The notes under the pieces were generated by a model, which was given only the letters and a program-made list of their open reading frames with translations, was not told the origin of the DNA and did not search any database. A program made the position numbers and the translations under genes. Shown in pieces: positions 36,688 to 45,835 of a stretch of DNA of 64,000 nt (positions are counted from its first letter, which is position 1; each line of letters begins with the position of its first letter). Source of the stretch: a bacterium. GTDB taxonomy: Archaea > Thermoplasmatota > E2 > JACPAO01 > JAHFTW01. The stretch spans positions 314,930-378,929 of the forward strand of contig JAZJZE010000009.1 in the NCBI GenBank assembly GCA_040390065.1. Reading direction: 5' to 3'.

Positions 36688-38676
36688 ATGGCGGCGTTCT
36701 CCGCATTGTGCGCCATGGCCATCCTGCTGCAGGCCGTGCCCGCCTCGGCGACCATCACGACATACTCCAGCAGCGTGGCCGGGGGCGCCCTCGCCGTCGC
36801 CACGGCCATGACGCGTGGCGAAGGCGCCAATGCCTTGGTCACAAGCGCCTCGTGGACAGTCTACCCGGCCCCTGGCGGCGTGCCGGCCGTCGGCTGCACC
36901 GCCGTCGCCGCCAACCCGACCCCGGCCGGCACCTCGGACGCCGCCATCACGACGGGCTTCGGGGTGCCAGACGGGGCCGCCTTCGGCCTGCTCACGACGG
37001 GCGACGCGGCCGACGCCAACACTCCCTCCGCCGGCGCCAACACTTGCAGCGGCACCACCGAGCGCGGCGCCAACGACGTGGTCGTGCAGCGCATCAACGT
37101 GCAGGTGCCCCCGGGCGACAACTGCCTGACGTTCACCTTCCAGTTCCTGAGCGAAGAGTTCCCAGAATACGTCAATTCGTAGTTCAACGACGCCTTCCTG
37201 GCGGAGGTCGACGCGGACACGTGGATCGTCTCGGGCGGCAGCATCAATGCCCCCGACAACTTCGCCTACGTCTCTCCCGGCGTGGCCGTCACGATCAACT
37301 CGCTGGGCTTCACGTACATGAGCGCCAGCAAGGCTGCCGGGACGCCGTACGGTGGCGGCTCCGACACCTTCTCCGCCAGCAAGGCCGTGACGCCGGGGCC
37401 GCATGCGCTCTTCCTCTCGATCTTCGACGCGAGCGACATGAAGCTGGACTCCGCCGTCTTCGTTGACGACATCCACACCCACGCCGTCGTGGACCCGGCC
37501 TCCAACTGCGCCTCCGGCATCCAGCCGAACCCGACGCAGCCGCCCAAGCCGCAGTACTCGTTCTCCGCCTCGCTCGTCGACAAGTCGTGCAACTCGGCGA
37601 CGTACCAATTCAGCGACACGAGCACACCGGCCAGCCCGTTCGTTTCCTGGGCCTGGGACTTCGGCGACGGGGGCACCGCCTCCGGATCGTCCGTCAGCCA
37701 CACCTACACGACGGAGGGTGCCAAGGTCGTGACCCTGGTGGCCAGCGACGGCAGCGGCGGGAGCTTCACGGTGACACAGCAGGTCATCGTGTCGTTCGTC
37801 TCCTGCCCGCCTACCATCGATGCCATCGCCCCTGGAACGGTGCTCCCCGGCGACGACGTCGAGGTGTGCGCCGTCGGCCACCCAGGCCTCGGCGGTGCGT
37901 TGTCGTACACCGTCGAGCGTCTCCCCGAGGGCGCCAGCTTCACGGGCCCTTGCTTCTCCTGGATCCCGACGGACTCGCAGCGCGGCACCTATCCGTGCAT
38001 CTCCATCACGGTGCACGAGGCGGGATCGACGCTGACGGCGACGACGTGCCTCAGCATCCGGGTGGCTGCGCCCTCGACCGAGCCTGCCCCCGACGCGGAC
38101 CTCGACGGCATCCCCGACTCGGCCGACAACTGCAGCGCCACGTCCAACCACGACCAAGCGGACACCGACCGGGACGGTGTCGGCGACGCGTGCGACCCAG
38201 AGTGCGGGCCTGACCCCGCCTGCCCGGCTACGCGCATCGCCGACGGTGCTCGCGGCCGCCGCACCTTCGCTCCCGACGGCGACCAGGACGGCACGCCTGA
38301 CACGACCGACGATTGCCCGACCGTCGCCAATCCGGACCAGTCGGACCGCGATCGCGACCAGATCGGTGACGCCTGCGACGCGGACATCGACGGCGACGGC
38401 ATCGCGGACGTCGGCGACGCGGGGGCGTTCCTGGACAACTGCCCGCTCAAGCCCAACGCGGACCAGAAGGACGCAGACGGCGACGGCGTCGGCGACGCCT
38501 GCCAGCCTGCGGCCGCAGGCCCGGCGTCGGCGACCACTGGAAGGATGGCCAGCCAAGCGCCTGTGCGCTCGACGTTCGAGGACCTTGGCATGACCCTCGT
38601 CATCGCGGCTGGTGTGGCGGCGGCCCTGACGGCAGGCCTCATCGCCATGGCGCTGCGCCGCGGCCGCCACGGTTAG
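36688..38676 (+). pseudogene. Choice-of-anchor-L-like + PKD + TSP3 surface protein interrupted by a single in-frame TAG (37180-37182)
   Basis: ORFs 36637-37182 and 37282-38676 are in one frame; the motif FLSEEFPEYVNS*FNDAF spans the stop; the C-terminal half is paralogous to the Kelch proteins. Confidence 0.75.
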
Positions 38677-38749
38677 TTTCGCGCGAGGCGGCGTCGCGTC
38701 TGTTTGTAGCCGAGGCGCAAAGGATGCGCGAGGAGCGGGTGAAGCCAGT

Positions 38750-38916
38750 CTAGCGATTTCCCGCAAATCGGCATCGGCAGACACGCCATGCCGCGCTAGC
38801 CTCAAGTACCGGCACGCCAAGCCGGATTCGCCCTTTCCTCCCGTTGCACGGGCCAAGGCCAACGCTTGTCCGACGCAGGCTAAGAAGGAGCGCCAACTCG
38901 ACCATTACGTGAACCC
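38750..38916 (+). promoter_or_regulatory. Conserved upstream region of cassette B with imperfect palindrome at 38751-38773
   Basis: CTAGCGATTT-CCCGC-AAATCG and CCAA..TTGTCCGACGC...CTAAG at the same offsets from ATG as in cassette A. Confidence 0.7.
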
Positions 38917-39414
38917 ATGCGTTCCCTCGCCCTCCCCATCACCGCCTTCCTGCTCACCTTCGTGCCCATCGGGCCCGCCCACGCCGACCCCATCGCGACA
39001 CCAGCGGCTGATGACTTCGTCGACGCCATCATCACGATCACGGAACTCCTCGACGACGCCCCATGCCTCGCCCCGACCGTGCCGCAAGTCGGCGACTGCC
39101 CAGGGCAGACGGGCAACACGACGGTTGGCTGGCTTCTCGGAGTCGTCGACAAATGGGCCAGCCGCACACCAGGACCGGACGAGGCCCGCGAGGACGTGGC
39201 GAATTGTCTTGATGGGGTCTACTGCGTGGAGTTTTGGCTTGGGTCCAATGAACCCATCCAAGCCTGGGCCAGCCCGCTGATTGTTTCGACGGGCGGCGGG
39301 ATGCTCGGCAAGGACTTCATGGTAAGCAGTGACGGCCGTCACCGCCTCCCCGGGCTGGCGGGACTTGGCGCGTATCGGCTTCTGGAAGATTCCGGGGGCG
39401 GCACACATTGCTGA
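38917..39414 (+). CDS. Cassette B small secreted Cys-containing protein
   Basis: Signal peptide ending AHA; VVDKWA, GVYCVEF, TGGGMLG, GAYRL, terminal Cys. Confidence 0.75.
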   Translation: MRSLALPITAFLLTFVPIGPAHADPIATPAADDFVDAIITITELLDDAPCLAPTVPQVGDCPGQTGNTTVGWLLGVVDKWASRTPGPDEAREDVANCLDGVYCVEFWLGSNEPIQAWASPLIVSTGGGMLGKDFMVSSDGRHRLPGLAGLGAYRLLEDSGGGTHC

Positions 39415-40295
39415 CCCGCGCGGCCCGGCAGCTGACTGCCCTCTGTGTTGTGCTTGCAGCCGTCGTTGCCGGTTGTAGCCAACCGCATCCCACTTCATCA
39501 CAGTCTGAATCCGCCCCCCGTCCCGAACCCGAACCCGCGCCAGCGCCATCCCCGAACGCGACCTCGCCTACCTGGGACGACCTCAACTTCACGACGTGGA
39601 ACGGATGCCACCAACTGACCTCCGGCGTCACGTGGCCGGCGGATACGAACCCCGGGCGCCCACCCGCGAATTGGTCCAGTGCATCCAGCGGCCTCGGAAG
39701 TGACGTCCGAATGTCCTTCTTCTCGTGCCAGCGGTTCCACCTCGGACCTTTCGAACGCCCGCTCAACTTCGTCCTCGAACTGCATACCAACGCCACGCTG
39801 CCGGTCACTTGCAAAAAGGGAAGTTGGGAACTTTTCCAGTACGTGAACGGCCTATGGACCGATGATGCCGACGTCGTGACGTTCTTGGCTACCCAACTCG
39901 GGCTGCCTGCTCACATGGCGACCGTCGCTGTCGAAACTGGGGGCGTGGCAGGCGTGTCCTTCAACGCCACATGGACCTGGACGCCGGAAAGCGGTCAGAC
40001 GTCCGACGTCTCGACGGGCCAGATTCTCGCGAAGCAGGCCGGAAGCACGGACACGGAGCGGCTTGCATGGGTCACAGCAGGAAAGGTTTCGCTCCTCGAC
40101 CTCAAGATTACTCGAGCCAACTACCTGCCCCAGGAAATCGCGACCCCGGGCCACATTCGACCCCCCATGCTGGCATCGGCCCTGGGAGACCCATATCCGG
40201 GAATTGGGGGCATCGCGGGCTCCGGTGACGTCGAGGGCCACCTGTACCGTTTCAACGACGACCAATGCAAGCAGCCCATCGACCCTTACCCGTAG
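39408..40295 (+). CDS. Cassette B lipoprotein
   Basis: Lipobox VAGC; motifs shared with 32696-33571; ends PIDPYP. Confidence 0.8.
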   Translation: MLTRAARQLTALCVVLAAVVAGCSQPHPTSSQSESAPRPEPEPAPAPSPNATSPTWDDLNFTTWNGCHQLTSGVTWPADTNPGRPPANWSSASSGLGSDVRMSFFSCQRFHLGPFERPLNFVLELHTNATLPVTCKKGSWELFQYVNGLWTDDADVVTFLATQLGLPAHMATVAVETGGVAGVSFNATWTWTPESGQTSDVSTGQILAKQAGSTDTERLAWVTAGKVSLLDLKITRANYLPQEIATPGHIRPPMLASALGDPYPGIGGIAGSGDVEGHLYRFNDDQCKQPIDPYP

Positions 40296-40304
40296 TCGCG
40301 TCTC

Positions 40305-41153
40305 TCAAGGGTTTGGCGCGTTGCCCATCCGTTTCCTCGTCTGGTCATAGCCAAGAGCGTACAGGCGTCGCGCATCCTCGGGGTCGAAGCGCAGGATGAG
40401 GCTCGACAGCGGCGGCTCCGGCGCGTGCACTTGCAACTCGAACGGTTCGATGTGCATCGGGTCTTCCGGGACGAGGCGGGTGCGTATCTGCAGGGCCTCC
40501 ATGGCGTGGGCCTGTTGGCTGTGCCACGTGACGTCGCTGGCCCGGCGGAGAAGGTCCACAAGGCCATGGGGGGCCGGCTCCGGATGGGGTTGCCACGGGT
40601 CGTGCAGGAGCGCGACGATGTGCCGGTGGCCGCGTTCGACGGCGTGGCGAAGCGGGAAAGCGTTCCAGTGCCCGCCGTCGGCATGGAGGCGGCCGGCAAC
40701 GCGTACCGGCGGCAGGCCCGGCATGAGTGCTGCGCTCGCAAGAAGGTGGTCCGGCGTGAGTTCGGTGTGCTTGAACTCGACTTCAGCGCCGGCTTCGACG
40801 TCGGTGGCCGTGACCAGGAGGGGAGTTGGCGCCTTGCGCAAGGCGGCGAAGTCGATGTTGCCCTCCAGCAGGCGCCGCAGCCGCGCCGCGTCGTGGAAGC
40901 CGAGCCATCCCCGCCACCGCCAGACATCGCGCCGTACGCGCATCAAGTCCTTGGTGCGCAGCTTCGTCCACCAGCGCTCCATCTCGGCGGGCGGCGTCTC
41001 GAGCACGATCATTGCAGCGTTGATGGCGCCAGCGCTCGTGCCCACGACGAGGCCCGGCTTGACTCCCGCTTCGTGCAACGCCTTCCAACAGCCGGCTTGG
41101 TATGCGCCCCGCGAACCGGCGCCGGAGAGGACCAGGGCGGGTTCGTTGGGCAC
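40305..41153 (-). CDS. Patatin-like phospholipase
   Basis: LVLSGAGSRGAYQAG, GTSAG, ADGG. Confidence 0.9.
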   Translation of the reverse strand: MPNEPALVLSGAGSRGAYQAGCWKALHEAGVKPGLVVGTSAGAINAAMIVLETPPAEMERWWTKLRTKDLMRVRRDVWRWRGWLGFHDAARLRRLLEGNIDFAALRKAPTPLLVTATDVEAGAEVEFKHTELTPDHLLASAALMPGLPPVRVAGRLHADGGHWNAFPLRHAVERGHRHIVALLHDPWQPHPEPAPHGLVDLLRRASDVTWHSQQAHAMEALQIRTRLVPEDPMHIEPFELQVHAPEPPLSSLILRFDPEDARRLYALGYDQTRKRMGNAPNP

Positions 41154-41202
41154 GCGGCGGCGAGGGGGTGGTCCTTCATTGCCTTGCGCTGCCCGCCGAC
41201 GG

Positions 41203-41269
41203 GTCAACAGACACCACAGATGCAACCGATGAATGACCTCTATCTGTTTCATCTGTTCCATCTGTTGAC
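41203..41269. repeat. 67-bp hairpin element with 9-nt periodic arms
   Basis: Terminal IR GTCAACAGA/TCTGTTGAC; left arm CAACAGACA-CCACAGATG-CAACCGATG, right arm TATCTGTTT-CATCTGTTC-CATCTGTTG. Confidence 0.8.
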
Positions 41270-41322
41270 AAGCGGCCGCAGTCGGGTCATTCGGCTCACG
41301 ACGACCGCAGACTCGGACACTC

Positions 41323-42846
41323 CTACGGCCCGGTGTACTGCAGGATGTAGAGGCCCGTCGCTTCGTCGCTCACGTACAGCAATCCCTGGTTCTGCACGAC
41401 GCCCCAGACATCCGGCTGCATGGTCGGCGACGCGGCCCGCGGCTTCGCGGTCATGTAGAAGCCGACCTCGACGGGATCCTTCATGTGTTCGGGGCTGGAC
41501 GCATCGATGACCCATACGCCGGCGTGGTAGTGCCCGAGGGCGACCTTGCCGTCCCACAAGTCGAAGTTGTGCGGGCTGAAGTTCAGGCCCGAGACGCCAA
41601 GCGGCGGGTTCTGCGGCGGCAGCGTCCAGTGCCCAACGGCGGACGGGTGGCTCGGGTCGGACGTGTCGATGAAGGTGATCTGGCCGGTCTCGTCGGGCGC
41701 CGAGATGATCTCCGGCTCGGCAACCGTGACTTGCGCCGTGTGCAAGCGGCCGTCGGGACTGGCGACTTGCATCGGCGTCGCAAACGCCTTGGCGAAGTGG
41801 ATGTTGTTGAAGGCGCTCGGCGCGAAGTCCGTGAAGGCGCCGACCTCGGCCAGCATGGGCAGCGCGTCGGGCGCGGCGGCGCTTGGTGGCGGCGGGTTGG
41901 AGAAGTCCAGGATGCGCAGCCCCTCGTCCCAGTACGCTAGGTCGATGAGCGTCCGGCCTTCCTGGAAGGGGTGGACCTGCACCGACGTGTCGTGCGGGAA
42001 ATACAGTTTGCCGGCCGGAGGCGACTGGACGATCTGGAACTGGGCCACGGGGAACAGGCCGACCTTGGGGACCGGGGCGCCTGGCACCGGCGACGGCGGA
42101 CTCGACTGGATGAGGTACACGATGAGGCGTTGCGTCACGGGGACGGCGCTCGCGATGCCGCCGGTCACGGGATCTGCAACCAGGTCGTATGTGCAGACGA
42201 GGAGGTAGTCGTTGCCGTTGGCGTGGCGGAAGAACGTGATGGTGTGCGGGCCGTTGTACGGCAGGGGAACGAACGAGTCGAGTTTCGGGGCGCCCTTGTC
42301 CGCGATGTCGACGACGTAGATGCCGCGACCGACGCCGGCCGCGGGCGTGCCTTGCGCGGCGAGGCCTCCGGCGAGTTGCTGCACGCTATTGCGCTGCGTG
42401 GACAGGAACGCGAGCGTCTCTTCGGGGTTGACCTCGACGTCGGCGCCGCCCTGCGCGGAGAAGTGCGACACGACGTGGGGCTGGCTCGGGTCCGTGTGGT
42501 CGATGATGCTGAAGCCGCCGTACGAGCCGTCCGACGATTGCGCCACGAGGTACGCGTACTGCTGCGTCACGGCAATCTCCGTGTACGTGGCGTGCGGCGG
42601 GATGCGATCGGGGTCGCCGGAGTCGTCGATGGCGTTCGAGTAGCCGACGAGGGCCATGTTGGCCGAGCCTTGATGCAGGTGCGCGTTTGTGTGGCCGGCG
42701 GGGTCGTCGTGGTCGACGCGCAGCACCGGCGCTGCGCTGGCATCGACGAAGCCCTTCACCGCAGTGTAGTCTGGACCGTTTTCGTCCTGCTGCAGGCAAC
42801 CAGCGGCAGCCAGCACCACAAACAATGTCGCCGCGACGGTCTTCAT
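41323..42846 (-). CDS. LVIVD-repeat beta-propeller lipoprotein
   Basis: Lipobox AAGC; FSIID..DP, IYVVDI, AYWDEGLRILDFSNP, FSPHNF, HYHAGVWVID, DVWGV. Confidence 0.85.
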   Translation of the reverse strand: MKTVAATLFVVLAAAGCLQQDENGPDYTAVKGFVDASAAPVLRVDHDDPAGHTNAHLHQGSANMALVGYSNAIDDSGDPDRIPPHATYTEIAVTQQYAYLVAQSSDGSYGGFSIIDHTDPSQPHVVSHFSAQGGADVEVNPEETLAFLSTQRNSVQQLAGGLAAQGTPAAGVGRGIYVVDIADKGAPKLDSFVPLPYNGPHTITFFRHANGNDYLLVCTYDLVADPVTGGIASAVPVTQRLIVYLIQSSPPSPVPGAPVPKVGLFPVAQFQIVQSPPAGKLYFPHDTSVQVHPFQEGRTLIDLAYWDEGLRILDFSNPPPPSAAAPDALPMLAEVGAFTDFAPSAFNNIHFAKAFATPMQVASPDGRLHTAQVTVAEPEIISAPDETGQITFIDTSDPSHPSAVGHWTLPPQNPPLGVSGLNFSPHNFDLWDGKVALGHYHAGVWVIDASSPEHMKDPVEVGFYMTAKPRAASPTMQPDVWGVVQNQGLLYVSDEATGLYILQYTGP

Positions 42847-43484
42847 CGGTTGGGCGACCCGGACGGAGACTCAAAGGGGTTGTGGTCCCGCAGCCACGCC
42901 TCGTCGGGTGGGTCGCGCGTCGTGATGCCGTTGCGGCGCAGCAGGTCACGCGTGGCCGCGAGGGGGAGGCCGACGACGTTGCTCCACGGGCCAGCCTGGA
43001 TGCGGACGTAGGGCTGAAGCATCGTGTCCTGGATGCCGTAGCCGCCGGCCTTGCCCTGCCACAACCCGGAGTCGGCGTACGCGTCCACGACGGCGGCGGG
43101 CATGCGCTCCATCAAGACGGCTGTGACCGCATGCGATGCGTCGACGGCACGGCCATCCCACGCCAGAGCGAGTCCGGTCCACACTTGATGCGTCGTGCCC
43201 GAAAGGAACGCGAGCTTCTGCCGCATCTCCTCGGGCGTCACGGCCTTGTCCACGAGTTCATCGCGGCAGGCAACGACGGTGTCGGCGGCGAGCACGAAGG
43301 CGCCGCGGTCCTTCTCACTCGTCGCAAGCGCCTTCTTGCGCGCGATGACTGACACCGCTTCCGCGATGGAAAGCGCCCGCGGCGCGACCTCTTCGACCGG
43401 TGTGGGCGCCACCGCGAAGTCGTCGACCAGGAACTTGAGCAGGATGGAACGACGAGGCGACTGCGAAGCGAGGACGAGACGCAT
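42843..43484 (-). CDS. maf: Maf-family nucleotide pyrophosphatase
   Basis: LVLASQSPRR, ADTVV, LSGTTHQVWTG, KAGGYGIQ, NVVGLP. Confidence 0.93.
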   Translation of the reverse strand: MRLVLASQSPRRSILLKFLVDDFAVAPTPVEEVAPRALSIAEAVSVIARKKALATSEKDRGAFVLAADTVVACRDELVDKAVTPEEMRQKLAFLSGTTHQVWTGLALAWDGRAVDASHAVTAVLMERMPAAVVDAYADSGLWQGKAGGYGIQDTMLQPYVRIQAGPWSNVVGLPLAATRDLLRRNGITTRDPPDEAWLRDHNPFESPSGSPNR

Positions 43485-43529
43485 CGGGGAAACAGCCGAA
43501 GGGGGACGGCGTCTTAGCCGTTGGCCGCG

Positions 43530-45053
43530 CTACTCCGCAGCGACGTACGCCACCGAGCGCCCCTGGCGTTCGCCGTGGACGAGGCCGCCCTTGGCCAAAC
43601 GGTTGAGGCGATGCTGCGCCGTCGTGCGCTTCCAGCCATGCTGCTCCACCATGACTTCGAGGATGTCCTTCTGGGTCAGCCCGGGGGAAGCGGCGACGAC
43701 GGAGTGCAGCAGGCTGAGTTCTGGCTCGCGAAGGTAGACCGTTCGCTCCCAACCCTGCTTCGCCGCCGCCTTGGGGAAGAACCTGCGGGTGGAACCGTGC
43801 AAGTGCTCCACGGCCATGCCGTTGCGCACCAGGATGCCGAGGTGGTGATTGGCTTGGCTCGGCGACGACTTCGTGATGCGCGCCACTTCGCGCAGCGTCG
43901 CCCCCGGATTCGCCGCCAGCACGGCCCAGATGGCATTGCGCACGGGATGGGAAAGTGGGTCGCGCAGGCGACGCGTGAAGAACCCAGCTAGGAGTCCCTT
44001 CACGACGAGGACGCCTGCGACGACGGCGCCCACGACGGCGACCGAGACAGAGGCGCCAAGAAGCAGCCCGGGGGCAATCGCGGCTTCATCGTACTTGGCG
44101 GTCCGAACGGTGCCCGAGAAGCCGGCGCTGGCCCGGCCAGACCCGGCTTGATGGATCCCGTCCAGACGCAGGGTGCCCGTCGCTTGCAGCGTTTGGTTCT
44201 CTGGCAACTCGCAGGTGTCGCAGTCGGTCGAACCCTTTGCGAGCGGGAGCCGGACCCAGCCGTCGACGTCCAGCGTCAGAGACGGGCCGCCGAGCAGGGC
44301 GAGGCCGACGACGCCGGCAGCGTGAAGCGAACCGCCGGTCGTTGCCAGTTCCTCGTAGTTGTACGAAAGAAGTTGCACCAGTTGGTCGGGTGGCAGCCGC
44401 ACGTCCTGCCTCTGCAGGCCGCCGCCATCGGGACAAGGCGACGCGTCGCAGGCAACGGTGGCGTTGAACCATTCCACGGTCCGGACTCCGGTCGCCTGCA
44501 CCTCATAGGCGAATCCCGTAGCTCCAAAGAAGTCGTAGCGGCCGACCACGTCACCGTCCTGCCCGGCGCGGCCACGGAAAAGGCGGTCGTAAGGGCCGCT
44601 TTCTGGTACAAGTTGCGAAAACGGCCGTCCCTTTGCCTTCGCGGCGAGTTCGGCGGCGCCGCCGGCCACGTGAATCGATATGGATTTCGCCTCCACGTAC
44701 AACGAGGACCGACCGCCGAGACGCAGAGTTTCGCCGGTGCCCGCCACCGTCAGGTTCGTGTCGCCACCCTGGCCCGGCAGGTCGACACCGCCCGATGTCG
44801 GACTGTAATACGAATTGATCTGGACGGTGTGGTTTGTCACGACGGCGCCGGCTGCTTGGTGGACGTCCACAACGGACGGCGCAGCCGCCGCGTCCGTGAA
44901 CAGCAGCAGGCGCGCACCGCCGGAAAGCGTCGCGTTGCCCGAAAAGGCCGCGGGAAGCGCGAAGTCAAGCGAGGCCTGCGGCTCCCCGGCGGCAAGAAGC
45001 GGCGCGGTGGCCAAGAGAATGGCGAGGACTACGGCGCAATGGGGTGCTTGCAT
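43530..45053 (-). CDS. Membrane-spanning transcription regulator: extracellular domain + TM + two winged HTH domains
   Basis: Signal peptide; TM LLLGASVSVAVVGAVVAGVLVV; HPVRNAIW..NPGATLREVAR...HHLGILVRNG and SPGLTQKDI...HRLNRLAKGGLV. Confidence 0.8.
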   Translation of the reverse strand: MQAPHCAVVLAILLATAPLLAAGEPQASLDFALPAAFSGNATLSGGARLLLFTDAAAAPSVVDVHQAAGAVVTNHTVQINSYYSPTSGGVDLPGQGGDTNLTVAGTGETLRLGGRSSLYVEAKSISIHVAGGAAELAAKAKGRPFSQLVPESGPYDRLFRGRAGQDGDVVGRYDFFGATGFAYEVQATGVRTVEWFNATVACDASPCPDGGGLQRQDVRLPPDQLVQLLSYNYEELATTGGSLHAAGVVGLALLGGPSLTLDVDGWVRLPLAKGSTDCDTCELPENQTLQATGTLRLDGIHQAGSGRASAGFSGTVRTAKYDEAAIAPGLLLGASVSVAVVGAVVAGVLVVKGLLAGFFTRRLRDPLSHPVRNAIWAVLAANPGATLREVARITKSSPSQANHHLGILVRNGMAVEHLHGSTRRFFPKAAAKQGWERTVYLREPELSLLHSVVAASPGLTQKDILEVMVEQHGWKRTTAQHRLNRLAKGGLVHGERQGRSVAYVAAE

Positions 45054-45490
45054 TCGAGGTCACTGAATCTGTGGAACGTGCCGGTCAGGCGGTAGCTTGG
45101 CTGCACGAGTCCACGCCCTTCGTACGCGGTCTGGCCGAGCCGGCTGTACAGCATGGGCGGGTTCATTGTGCCCGTCACGACATAGGGTTGGAGCCCGAAG
45201 GTCGATTCTTCCCGAAGGTCGAGCAGCGTGACGTTCGTTCCGGCGATCCACACGACGCGGATGATGTCGTGGCTTGGCTTGGGGTTCAACTCCGGGTCGT
45301 CCGCACTCATGGAGGACTGCATGCCCGCCGGGGTCCGCCACGTGGCTGCCATGCGGGGGACCGGGGAGGCGGGAGTCCAGTCAAAACCGATGTCCGCCGG
45401 TCGGGCCGGGAACGCGTACGCGGTCGAGACCATCGCGGAGACGTTGCCATCGCTGACGTGCCACACTCCGGGATCCGGCAGGCCGTGATC
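45029..45490 (-). pseudogene. 5'-truncated third copy of the cassette lipoprotein
   Basis: RVVWIAGTNVTLLDL, GTMNPPMLYSRLG and GTFHRFSDLECKHPIAP match copies A/B; N-terminal half and lipobox missing. Confidence 0.7.
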
Positions 45491-45825
45491 AACCACAAGG
45501 CGACTGCTCATACCTGGGGCCGCCCAGCAACACCTGCGATACCCAGCTGCCCGCTCAACAGAAGCCAATTACCGCCGGAATCAGCGGACACGGCTACGAG
45601 GACCTGACCGATGGGGACGAAAATACAGCCCCCGAAACCGTCACCGCTCACCTCATCGATGGCTGGGCCTCGTGGGGGTTCAATGATCCTCTGACTGTCA
45701 TCGGGTCGCCTGCCGCGCGCCAAGGAGCCGACTATCCAGGTTCATCTGGAATCTCATGGAAGACCATCGACCCGCAGGGAGCGGTGTGCGCGGCGCCGGG
45801 CCTCGGCCTTGCCTGCGCCCTCTAG
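45481..45825 (+). pseudogene. Start-less C-terminal fragment of a probable secreted protein
   Basis: Open frame QPQGDCSYLGPPSNTCDTQ...AVCAAPGLGLACAL* bounded upstream by TGA 45454-45456, with no usable start; ends 10 nt before the next ATG. Confidence 0.5.
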
Positions 45826-45835
45826 GAGCCGCCTC

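Noticed and set aside
37180-37182. Genome-wide TAG recoding
   Set aside because: TAG ends conserved genes at their expected C-termini (pelA, purS, rps8e, argS, gatE), so any readthrough would be local.
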